From: Ranitomeya imitator
Taxonomy: Eukaryota
Assembly: GCF_032444005.1 (NCBI RefSeq)
Contig: NC_091284.1
Span: 650,628,001 to 650,692,000, forward strand
Direction of reading: 5' to 3'
DNA: 64,000 bases
The first letter of the stretch is position 1. The number at the start of each line of letters is the position of its first letter. This document shows positions 41,801 through 52,920 of the stretch, piece by piece. The notes under the pieces are model-generated. The model ran no database searches, was not told the origin of the DNA, and saw only the letters and a program-made list of their open reading frames with translations. Made by a program: the position numbers and the translations under genes.

Positions 41801-44749
41801 ACGTCCCAAAGCAGTCCCTGGGCGGGGACAACATCAGATCAGGCCGTGTAACCGCTACTTACAAGTGCGCCACCGCGGCCTGCAAAGTCCGCCTGCCCAG
41901 ACTCACATCTGTGGAAGTATGTGAATAATAGTGCTTCAAGAATGCAGGCGGACTGGAGGAATCCGCAAGCTTGCGGTCGTGCTTGCCGACGTCTGGTGCC
42001 TAGAGCCCTCAGACAGGGAAATAGGCTGACATCTAGCCCGGAAGGACTCCTGGATGGAGAAAAGAATCCACCAGGCTAACATGGCCGAAGAAACGGCTAA
42101 ACCCTTCCTGCGACCGTCAGGAAGCCTACTTACCATCGAGGAACCCAAGTAAAGTGTCCAACCTTTGGAAGGACGCCGTCCTCGATACGTACCCACTCGG
42201 AGCACTCACTTCTTCCAGATTATGGAGAACCCATTCCGTTTTGTGGACTGGAGCCGAAAGAGATGAGAGGACGATGCCCCTGCAACAGTGGGAATACAAT
42301 ACCGTCTTGGCAACGAGGGAAGGGGATGGCTTGAGGGCAACCCTACCTTGATGGTAATAAGGAAAAAAGACAAAGAACAGAACGACGAGTTCAGAAGACT
42401 CGTCAGGAGGACAAGAACGCAGAGAAAGAAGGGAAGAGACCTTCCCTGATAGTAAAATCTGTCCGGATCAAAAAAGGAGTCCACTGTAAGATGCCCAGGA
42501 CCATTAAGGTCCCACAGATCTAACGGTACGCGGTAGGGAAGAACTACAGGTTAAGGCTCCCTGCGAGAAAGTCCCTAATTCCAGTTTTGTCGCAATAAGA
42601 CGGAAAAATACCAGAACCGTAAGCGAGAAAAACCTGACATGGTCAGTGCGGGTCTCCCGGGATCACTGGGGCCCTTCCTGCTTCCGAAAAGATCTCAGAC
42701 GTAGTGGAAGAGGGGTTATAGAAATTGGTACCATGGAAGAACAGAGCATGCACTGCGATGGTCCTGGAGCGAGGCCAGACCATGAACGGAGTACATTAGC
42801 GTTTAGCTTGGACGCCATCTGACCTACATCTGGAGTACTCCAGTGAAGGCAGATCCGATGGAAGACTTCCGAGTGAAGTTCCCACTCACTTGAGGAGAAA
42901 ACCTGACGGCTGAATATGTCTGCCGCCCAGTGTTCTACTCCAGGGATATGGACTGTTGAGATCACCGAATGATAGATCTCGGTTCATCAGATAGTGCGAG
43001 GTACCCTTGCCAAGGCGCTTGACTGTGGGTACTTGCTAGATGGTTAACGTGTGGCACAGCCGTGGCATTATCCAACTGAAGACCCGCCAAAAGGCAGTGG
43101 ACCTGCTGTAGGATTAGTCGTACCGTTCGGATCTCCAGAGAAAAGATCGGGAGAAGAAGACTGGCATTGGTATTCCCTAATAACCGTTGGACCAGGAGAA
43201 GGCTCTGGACAAGGAAGGAGTTCAGAGACTACCCTTTGAAAGCCTGATTGACTTGCAGAAAACGAGCGCAGCGAAGGAAAATGCTTCCATTGTCGTCTAT
43301 TTTTTTTTTTTCAGAACCCTCCTAGCGAACTTGACTGAACCGAGGGAATGAGTGATCAAGTGCACAAGCTCTCTGTTGAAGGGCCATGACCTTGACTCGA
43401 GAGAGAATAACCATCCTTCTTGGGCCGGATCATCCTCAAAGAGGATATGCTGGACTGGGCATGAGGAAAAAACTTGTCTAGGTTTAGCTGTTAGACCAGT
43501 TGAGAGGGTATTGCAAGTCATATAGACGACTCAGCCTAGTCCTAGAAGAGCGGCTACAAAGTTGACCAAATAGGGCAGGACGATCATGCTTCTAGGGTGC
43601 AAGAAGCACATGACAACCGTCATGACCCTTGCGACCACTCTGGTGTGGTAGCCAGGCCGGAGGGCAAGGTCGTGACTTGAAAAAGCTGTTCGCGAATGGA
43701 AAGGCGAAGAGATTATTGTAGAGAGGAGAAATAGACATGTGAGGGTAAGAATCCCGAATGTCGATGGATGCCAGAAAAGTCCACCTCTATCTGTTGAAGT
43801 AAATGGCTGAGCGGAGGAACTCCATCCGAAAAAAGGAGGACCTTGTCAAAGGTTGTTAGAAGTTTGAGGTCCAGGAATGGTGACACTTTTCATTCCCTCC
43901 TTTTTGGAACCAAGGTCCCCTAGATCTAGACTGTCCTGGACAATGCTTCCACTGCTGGTTGGGTCTGTAGAGGAGATACGATCCCCTGCTAGTCTCCCGC
44001 TCAGAAGATTTGATTGGCCAGCTATACTGTTGAAAACGAAGTAGTTAAGGTCTCTGACCAGGAGACTATTGGTCAAGCAACCCATGTGGCGGCTAAGGAA
44101 GGGTAGAGCGCTGAACCCGAAAACACAAGACGGAACGAACTAGATTTGCTATCCGACCGTCTGTGGTATCTTAATTGATGACACACCGGCCAGGATACTG
44201 GTAGGTATACCACAAGAAATTCTACCCGGATAGTCTGCCAGTGGCAGAATGCGGGACTGCAACCAGCAGGTCTCTGCCATTGTCGTGCAGAGTAGAAAAT
44301 AAGGAACCCTCGATCCACCCTCTTCTTAACAGGGACGTGGAGAGGAATCGTCCGCTTTCTTGCATCTGATACAAAGGGGGGGGAAACCTCCTTGTTAGGA
44401 CGCCACAAATGTGTGCCTCCGTACATGCGCAGAGTTCCGAGTGGACAGGACAGGTTGTCTGGCGATAGGCCTGGATGCAGAAGAGGATACATGGAGGCGA
44501 CACTCCGTGTGCTCGTCTGTTGAAGGTGTGGGAGGAAATCGGAGCCCTTTAAAGGACCCGTCGCCCATAAAAATCCGACCAGGTATGGCATCCTACCTAG
44601 AGGTTTCTGTCCGGTGCATCCCCCATCAATTTGTTGATGGAGATATTCTAGAACCTGTACGTTTTTCTAGAATACTTGCGGCCCCTGCTAGCCGACGGCT
44701 CCCATTGTAGGAGAGGGAGCACGTAGAGAGCTCCGGAGCTCAGTTAGGG

Positions 44750-45830
44750 TGCCCTTAAGACCAGTAAATACTGGTCATGCGCCTTTAAGACTAGGGAGTA
44801 CTGGTCATGAGCCTTTAAGACCAGGGAATACTGGTCTTGTGCCGTAGTAAGATGACGTACTGTTCATGTGCCTTTAAAAGCAGGGCATGCTGGACATGTG
44901 CCTTCAGGAACCAGGGTCTACTGGTCATGAGCCCTTAAGAACCAGGAAATACTTGACATGAGCCTTTAAGTCCAGGACATACAGGTCATGTGCCCTTGAA
45001 ACCAGGGCATGCTGGTCATTTGCGTTTAAGACCAGGGCATACTGGTCATGAGCCTTTAAGACCAGGGTATACTGGTCACGTGCCTTTAAGACCAGGGCAT
45101 ACTGGCCGTGAACCTTTAAGACCAGGGCATACTGGTCATGTGCCTTTAAAAGCCAGGGCATACTGGACATGGGCCTTTAAGACCAGGGTATACTGGTCAT
45201 GTGCCTTTGAAAACCAGGGCGTACTAGTCATGTGCCTTTAAGACCAGGGCATACTGGTTATTTGCGTTTGAGACCAGGGGATACTGGTCACGTGCCTTTA
45301 AGACCAGGGCATACTGGTCATGTGCCTTTAAGACCAGGAAATACTGGTCACGTGCCTTTAAGACCAGGGCATACTGGTCATGTGCCTTTAAGACCAGAGT
45401 AAACTGGTCACGTGTCTTTAAGACCAGGGAATACTGGTCACGTGCCTTTAGGACCAGGGAATACTGGTCACGTGCCTTTAAGACCAGGGCATACTGGTCA
45501 TGTGCCTTTAAGACCAGGGTATACTGGTCACGAGTCTTTAAGACCAGGGCATACTGGTCATGTGCCTTTAAGACCAGGGTATACTGGTCACGAGTCTTTA
45601 AGACCAGGGCATACTGGTCACGTGCCTTTAAGACCAGGAATACTGATCGAGTGAGGAATGCTGGACATGTGCCTTTAAGACCAGCAAAGCTGGTATGTGC
45701 CTTTAAGAACAGGAATGCTGGTCATGCAGGTCTATAAGACCAGGAATGCTGGTCATGTGCCTTTAAGACGGGAGCATACTGGCCATGTGCCTTTAAGACC
45801 AGGGCATACTGGCCATGTGTGTAAGGCCAG
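44750..45830. repeat. 30-bp minisatellite (CCTTTAAGACCAGGGCATACTGGTCATGTG), about 35 copies, inside DIRS
   Basis: Read directly; yields PLRPGHTGHV and LKAHDQYALV repeat ORFs. Confidence 0.95.
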
Positions 45831-47482
45831 GGAAAGGTGGAGCCCCCTGAGGGAAACTGGAAGAGCCGGGATCGGCGGCAGCGGGGGCTCCTGAGCTCAT
45901 TTGATTAAGAACTATGGGAAAAATGACCGGCTTCTGGCAGAGCAGAGAATGCTGGAGATGTGCCCCTTTTAAAACTAGGGAACCCTTAAGACCAGGGAAT
46001 GCTGGTCATGAGTTTAATAAAAAGGCATGGAAAGCTGGGGATGCAGCTATGGGCCCAGCGACTACTGGGCATGAGTCTTAAATACCAGGGAATGAGGTCA
46101 TGTACCCTTAAGACCCGTGCCTTTAAGACCGGAGCTTGCAGGAGAGCCAGAGATTGCAGGCCTTAAGTATATAAAAAACAGGGAAAGCTAGTCCCTTAAT
46201 GCTGCCGGGGTGCGTGCGGGGGGGAGGGAGGTGGGGCGAATCACCTTACCGAGGTTCTGAGTCCCCCGACTGGAATACCGCTGACATCAGCGCTGAAAAA
46301 CCGCCGGCGGCAGCCCCTTCCAGAAAAACTAAAGATGGCCGCCGAGATCTCGTCTGGAATGAGAAGCGCCTGAATAGGGGGGCGGACCGCTAGAATGAAG
46401 CAAGCGGTGGGCGGGGCTTCCCGGGATGCGGCCTAAACAGGGCCGAAGCCGGGGACTAAATTTATGGCTTCGGCCGGCGCGCACCCGCAGACTGAAGGGA
46501 AAAGTGCCGCGAAGCTCTGTGGGGACCCTGCTGCTATGGAGCCCTCCTCTGACCGCCGGAAAAACCCAAATCTCACGGAGCACTTACCCCAATATGAAGG
46601 GGATGGCAGATGCTGCAGGTCAGAGCTGTGCCCGGGTAGATAGGACGGTGCAGGGTTGGGGAGCCTCCATCCACCATCCCTGCAGAAGGGGGGTGGAGAG
46701 GAACCGTCTGCCTCCTTCCATCATCCGCTTTTTCAGTGGTGATGCAGTGGGGGCTGCTCGGACGCCACACTGGAAGGTGCCTCTGTACAGCCGAGGGTAA
46801 AACCTGGTGGACAGGACTGAATGTCCGGCAATAGGCCTGGCTGCAGAAGAGGATACTGAAGGTGAAACTCCAGTGCTCGTCTGATAAGGGAGGGGGGAGA
46901 TCGGTGCCCTTGAAGGGGCCCGTCGCCCCTAGAATCAGCTCAGGCAGTGGCTTCCCACGTCGCAGGAGAGGATACGGAGAGGTAAAACTCCCGTGCTCGC
47001 CTGTTGTTGGTTCGAGGAGATCGGAACATGAAAGAATCCGTCGCCCCATTCGACCGTAGTAAAAAGTAAAAAACGGTAAAAAAGAGTTCTTTGGGTCTGA
47101 ATAGCAGACCCGTCCGTGTGCCTCCTACGGACACTAAGCAAGAACTGGTTAGCTGGGAGCCAGCAGGAGGGTATATACTGCAGGGGAGGAGCTAACTTTT
47201 TTTGTATTACTTAGTGTCAGCCTCCTGGTGGCAGCAGCATACACCCACGGTCTGTGTCCCCCAATGAGGCGAAGGAGAAAAGTATTTAGTCAGTCAGCAA
47301 TAGTGCAAGTTCCACCACTTAAAAAGATGAGAGGCGTCTGTAATTTACATCATAGGTAGACCTCAACTATGGGAGACAAACTGAGAAAAAAAAATCCAGA
47401 AAATCACATTGTCTGTTTTTTTAACATTTTATTTGCATATTATGGTGGAAAATAAGTATTTGGTCAGAAACAAAATTTCATC

Positions 47483-49329
47483 TCAATACTTTGTAATATA
47501 TCCTTTGTTGGCAATGACAGAGGTCAAACGTTTTCTGTAAGTCTTCACAAGGTTGCCACACACTGTTGTTGGTATGTTGGCCCATTCCTCCATGCAGATC
47601 TCCTCTAGAGCAGTGATGTTTTTGGCTTTTCGCTTGGCAACACGGACTTTCAACTCCCTCCAAAGGTTTTCTATAGGGTTGAGATCTGGAGACTGGCTAG
47701 GCCACTCCAGGACCTTGAAATGCTTCTTACGAAGCCACTCCTTCGTTGCCCTGGCGGTGTGCTTTGGATCATTGTCATGTTGAAAGACCCAGCCACGTTT
47801 CATCTTCAATGCCCTTGCTGATGGAAGGAGGTTTGCTGTTATGAACAGGTAATTCAGAACCACAATGGACCTTGAAGTTCAGAGCACACAAAGTGATCTG
47901 ACAATTACCAAAAACATAGGACGAGCTCTGAGACGTGGAAACTCTGCTGACCGCAATCCCTAATCCTATCACACCACACTAGAGGTAGCCGTGGATTGCG
48001 CCTAACGCTCCCTATGCAACTCGGCACAGCCTGAGAAACTAACTAGCCCTGAAGATAGAAAAAAAAGCCTACCTTGCCTCAGAGAAATTCCCCAAAGGAA
48101 AAGGCAGCCCCCCACATATAATGACTGTGAGTAAAGATGAAGATACAAACACAGAGATGAAATAGATTTAGCAAAGTGAGGCCCGACTTACTGAATAGAC
48201 CGAGGATAGGAAAGATAGCTTTGCGGTCAACACAAAAACCTACAAACAACCACGCAGAGGGGCAAAAAGACCCTCCGCACTGACTAACGGTACGGAGGTG
48301 CTCCCTCTGCGTCTCAGAGCTTCCAGCAAGCAAGAAAAACCAATATAGCAAGCTGGACAGAAAATATAGCAAACAAAAGGAACACAAGCAGAACTTAGCT
48401 TATGCAGGATAGACAGGCCACAGGAACGATCCAGGAGGAAGCAAGACCAATACTAGAACATTGACTGGAGGCCAGGATCAAAGCACCAGGTGGAGTTAAA
48501 TAGAGCAGCACCTAACGACTTAACCTCATCACCTGAGGAAGGAAACTCAGAAGCCGCAGTACCACTCTCATCCACCAAAGGAAGCTCATAGACAGAACCA
48601 GCCGAAGTACCACTCTCGACCACAGGAGGGAGCTTGGCCACAGAATTCACAACAGTTTGCACTCAAAATCTCACGATACATGGCCCCATTCATTCTTTCA
48701 TGTACCCGGATCAGTCGTCCTGGCCCCTTTGCAGAGAAACAGCCCCAAAGTATGATGTTTCCACCACCATGCTTTACAGTAGGTATGGTGTTTGATGGAT
48801 GCAACTCAGTATTCTTTTTCCTCCAAACACGACAAGTTGTGTTTCTACCAAACAGTTCCAGTTTGGTTTCATCAGACCATAGGACATTCTCCCAAAACTC
48901 CTCTGGATCATCCAAATGCTCTCTAGCAAACTTCAGACGGGTCCGGACATGTACTGGCTTAAGCAGTGGGACACGTCTGGCACTGCAGGATCTGAGTCCA
49001 TGGTGGCGTAGTGTGTTACTTATGGTAGGCCTTGTTACATTGGTCCCAGCTCTCTGCAGTTCATTCACTAGGTCCCCCCGCGTGGTTCTGGGATTTTTGC
49101 TCACCGTTCTTGTGATCATTCTGACCCCACGGGGTGGGATTTTGCGTGTACCCCCAGATCGAGGGAGATTATCACTGGTCTTGTATGTCTTCCATTTTCT
49201 AATTATTGCTCCCACTGTTGATTTTTTCACTCCAAGCTCGTTGGCTATTGCAGATTCAGTCTTCCCAGCCTGGTGCAGGGCTACAATTTTGTTTCTGGCG
49301 TCCTTTGACAGCTCTTTGGTCTTCACCAT
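47483..49329 (-). pseudogene. Tc1 DD34E transposase, 340 aa when the LTR is removed
   Basis: 49329-48655 (225 codons) joins in frame to 47830-47483 (115 codons plus stop). [14 protein letters not shown] and SPDLNPIE motifs. Confidence 0.9.
47837..48654. mobile_element. Solo LTR, 818 bp
   Basis: TGTTATGAA..TTCACAACA termini. 6-bp TSD GTTTGC at 47831-47836 and 48655-48660. Confidence 0.88.
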
Positions 49330-50511
49330 AGTGGAGTTTGGAGTCAGACTGTTTGAGGGTGTGCACAGGTGTCTTTTTATACTGATAACAAGTTTAAACA
49401 GGTGCCATTACTACAGGTAATGAGTGGAGGAAAGAGGAGACTCTTAAAGAAGAAGTTACAGGTCTGTGAGAGCCAGAAATCTTGATTGTTTGTTTCTGAC
49501 CAAATACTTATTTTCCACCATAATATGCAAATAAAATGTTAAAAAAACAGACAATGTGATTTTCTGGATTTTTTTCCCCCAGTTTGTCTCCCATAGTTGA
49601 GGTCTACCTATGATGTAAATTACAGACGCCTCTCATCTTTTTAAGTGGTGGAACTTGTACTATTGCTGACTAAATACTTTTTTGCCCCACTGTATGTGAA
49701 ACCTAGTGTGGGTTCCATCATACTGTGTGAAGGGCTGTGAGGGGGGCTTTTATACACTGTGAGGTGTGGGGTCATTATACTGTATCTAGGGCCATAATAC
49801 CACATGAAGGGCTGTGTGGGGGTCAGTTTGGGGATCATACTGTGTTGGGGGGTCACCATACTTTGCCTGGGGAGTTGGGGTGGAGGTGGGGTACAGTAGG
49901 GTAATCATAATGTGGGTGTGGGGCACCGTTGTTGGAATCAAACTTTATGAGTGTAAATGCAGGGGGAATCTAAGGACTTCAGTAGGAGGAAAATTACTTC
50001 CCTGTGAGACGTGCACTTCTGTGGCCCCGACAATTTTTTTTTTCTGGGCCCGGGAGGTTGATGGAGGGATTAGAACTTCCCTTATGGGGCCCCATGATTT
50101 CTATGTACTCTCCTGTCTGTGCACATAGTTTATTGTTGTCTGCCTGTGTAAAAAGGAATTTAAGTAGCTGATCAGTGAAAATTTACTGTCATTTTCAGAT
50201 CTGACTGGCTCTGTGCTTGTCTGTATAGCGAATGGGTGAAGAAACTACCAGCTATATACATGCACTAGCCCGGTCCGTATAACAGATCTGACTACTGCAA
50301 GCTGCAATTTTTCTTTTTAAGATGGACGACTATTGGTCCAGATTTGCTTAAAGTTTGTTTTCTCAGTAATTCTCGGTGGCCTAAAAAATACATTTCAGCA
50401 TGAGCTTATTTCTGTTAACTGGCACTTTGGTTTTATAAGCAAAAAGCGTCCCCTTACGTCTCAGAAAACTCATTCAATAATTGATTACAAATTAGTAAGA
50501 CTTTTCCACAC

Positions 50512-50594
50512 CTCTTCCTGCAAATTATTAATGTTTCGGATCATGGAATCCTTTTCTTCCTGCAGTAACTCTATCTCCTCCCTAGAGTTTAGGT
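50512..50594 (-). CDS. MTRF1: Probable MTRF1 exon, 83 bp (LNSREEIELLQEEKDSMIRNINNLQEE)
   Basis: Long polypyrimidine tract plus CAG acceptor; GTGTGG donor. Phase 1/0 matches the next exon. Helical E/L-rich sequence fits the release factor N-domain but is weakly conserved. Confidence 0.75.
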
Positions 50595-51009
50595 CTGTAA
50601 GAAAAAAAGAAAAAAAAAAAAAAAGATTGTTGTATTAAGATGTAGGAATAATTAAAAAAGCTAACAGTGCAAGAATACTTACACGAAGATTAGTTAATTG
50701 CTCCCTCTTGGCAGTCAGACACTTTCCCTAGCAAGTCATTGTATGTGGCTCGTGAGCTCAGGACACATTTCAACACTGCTCTGACCAGGTCTCCACACGA
50801 GGAAAGTGGAGAGCCGGCCGGCCGGAGCAGTGTTGAAGATGGCAGCTGCTTCCTGTGCTAGCACCACCATCTCTAAGTACTAAGTACTGGCTCCGTTCTA
50901 AGTCAACACAGTGCTTAGCAGAAGGGCAAAGCTAGCACAGGGAGCTGATGCCATCTTTGTATCTGAGCAGATGCCATCGGTGCCATATTCGTGAGTGAAC
51001 AGTGCACAT

Positions 51010-51180
51010 CATAAACACAGTCAGCCAGCACAAACCGTGAACACCATGAACGCAGTCAGCCTGCGCAAACTGTGAACGCAGTCAGCCTGCACAAATGGTA
51101 AATGCGGTGAATGCAGTCCACCTGCACAAACAATGAACACAGTCAGCCTGCATAAACGGTGAATGCAATCAGCCAGCACT
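51010..51180. repeat. Short tandem repeat, about 27-bp unit
   Basis: GCAGTCAGCCTGCACAAAC.GTGAAC recurs about 6 times. Confidence 0.65.
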
Positions 51181-52235
51181 TTTGTGTGGTTTTATATTTA
51201 AATTAGAGCAGATGCAGTCAGTACTTAGCATAGGGAGCAGTCCATCTTGGACTCTGCGGTCTGGCACAGCTCTCTTAGACCTACTACCCAGGGACAGCTC
51301 TCACTGTTCTACCCAAATATACAAATAATCCCAACATGTCCAACAAGTGAAAACTTTATGCAGGAGGAAGGCAATTAAATGAAAGATGAGAACGTGAATA
51401 CGTCTGTGCTTCAAGGAGAAAACCCTGTATGTCTTGTGTTATAAAGGCTGTGTCTGTGATAAAAGGAGTACAATATATGTTGGCATTTTGACACCAAACA
51501 CAAACTAAGTATACTAAATTTATGATGATCGCTGCTATGTAGCTGAGCCGATCGAGTGGCGCCAACTTCTAGCCTCCCATGGAGGCTATTGAAGCATGGC
51601 AAAGTTAAAAAAAAATGTTTTTAAAAATATGAAAAAAATGTAAAAGTTTAAATCACCCCCCTTTCGCCCCATCCAAAATAAAACAAACAAACAAAAAAAA
51701 AAATCAGACCTACACATATTTGGTATCGCCGCTTTCAGAATCGCCCGATCAATAAAAAAAAACAAAAAAAAAAAAACATTAACCTGATCGCTAAACAGCG
51801 CAGTGAGAAAAAACACCAGAATTACGTTTTTTTAGTCGCCGCGACATTGCATTAAAATGCAATAACGGGCGATCAAAATAATGTATCTGCACAAAAGTGG
51901 TATCATTAAAAACGTCAGCACGGCCCGCAAAAAAATAAGCCCTCACCCGACCCCAGATCACAAAAAAAATGGAGACGCTACGGGTATCAGAAAATGGCGC
52001 ATTTTTTTTTTTTTTAAAGCAAAGTTTTGAATTTTTTTTTCACCACTTCGATAAAAAATAACCTAGACATGTTAGGTGTCTATGAACTCGGAATGCATGT
52101 AAAGAAGCTGCGGAGACACCATCACGTGTTTCTCGACGCAAGCAGTGAATAGCCAGGCCTTTCCCCGGGAAGGAACAACCACGGGAAGGGCAGCATCCTA
52201 TGAAGGAAAGCCACCTATGCCAAGCATGGTATCCA

Positions 52236-52280
52236 TCCACAGACAGCTGTTTCGGGGTTTTTGCCCCTCATCAGTGTGGA
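52236..52280 (-). ncRNA. Type I hammerhead ribozyme, copy 1 (intact)
   Basis: UCCACA-CUGAUGA-GGGG-CAAAAA-CCCC-GAAA-CAGCUG-UC^-UGUGGA on the minus strand; predicted cleavage between 52242 and 52241. Confidence 0.9.
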
Positions 52281-52588
52281 GTAGGAATCTGGCTATTAGG
52301 AGCAGTGCCTAGTAAAAAGGCTATAAAGGCACAGATGATTGGCCTCGGGGAGACCAAAACATCCAACACCGCGGAGACACCATCACGTGTTTCTCGACGC
52401 AGTGATTGCAGAACACTGCCCCCATCCCTTATGGGAAATATGCAGATGCATGTAAAGAAGCTGCGGAGACACCATCACGTGTTTCTCGACGCAAGCAGTG
52501 AATAGCCAGGCCTTTCCCCGGGAAGGAACAACCACGGGAAGGGCAGCATCCTATGAAGGAAAGCCACCTATGCCAAGCATGGTATCCA

Positions 52589-52633
52589 TCCACAGACAGC
52601 TGTTTCAGGGTTTTTGCCCCTCATCAGTGTGGA
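52589..52633 (-). ncRNA. Type I hammerhead ribozyme, copy 2 (stem II closing pair is G-U instead of G-C)
   Basis: Same as copy 1 except that stem II 3' strand reads CCCU (plus strand TTTCAGGG). Confidence 0.8.
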
Positions 52634-52875
52634 GTAGGAATCTGGCTATTAGGAGCAGTGCCTAGTAAAAAGGCTATAAAGGCACAGATGATTGGCCTCG
52701 GGGAGACCAAAACATCCAACACCGCGGAGACACCATCACGTGTTTCTCAACGCAGTGATTCCAGAACACTGCCCCCATCCCTTATGGGAAATATGCAGAT
52801 GCATGTAAAGAGGCCAATCATCTGTGCCTTTATAGCCTTTTTACTAGGCACTGCTCCTAATAGCCAGATTCCTAC

Positions 52876-52920
52876 TCCACACTGATGAGGGGCAAAAACC
52901 CCGAAACAGCTGTCTGTGGA
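52876..52920 (+). ncRNA. Type I hammerhead ribozyme, copy 3 (intact, inverted unit)
   Basis: TCCACA CTGATGA GGGG CAAAAA CCCC GAAA CAGCTG TC TGTGGA; predicted cleavage after 52914. Confidence 0.9.

Larger units (their letters stand above)
41410..47280 (-). mobile_element. DIRS1-type tyrosine-recombinase retrotransposon, both termini present, coding regions degenerate
   Basis: Inverted terminal repeats at 41410-41581 and 47142-47280; minus strand starts TTTCTCC. ICR near the 3' end. ASIDIRDSYPH (RT) and VHIPGVEHWAADIFSR (RNase H/MT region) motifs. Confidence 0.92.
47281..49692 (-). mobile_element. Young Tc1 transposon interrupted by a solo LTR; one TIR truncated by DIRS
   Basis: TIR CAGTGGGGCAAAAAAAGTATTTAGTCAG with TA at 49693-49694. 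The other TIR begins only at AGTATTTAGTCAG (47281). Confidence 0.93.

Noticed and set aside
44750-45830. Regular short palindromic repeats that could be taken for a CRISPR array
   Set aside because: Units are head-to-tail with no unique spacers, there are no cas genes, and the context is eukaryotic.
50690-50830. Strong minus-strand donor (GTAAGTA near 50700) suggesting the missing upstream MTRF1 exon
   Set aside because: The frame needed for a phase-1 junction contains a stop and shows no release-factor similarity; it lies in MITE-like sequence.
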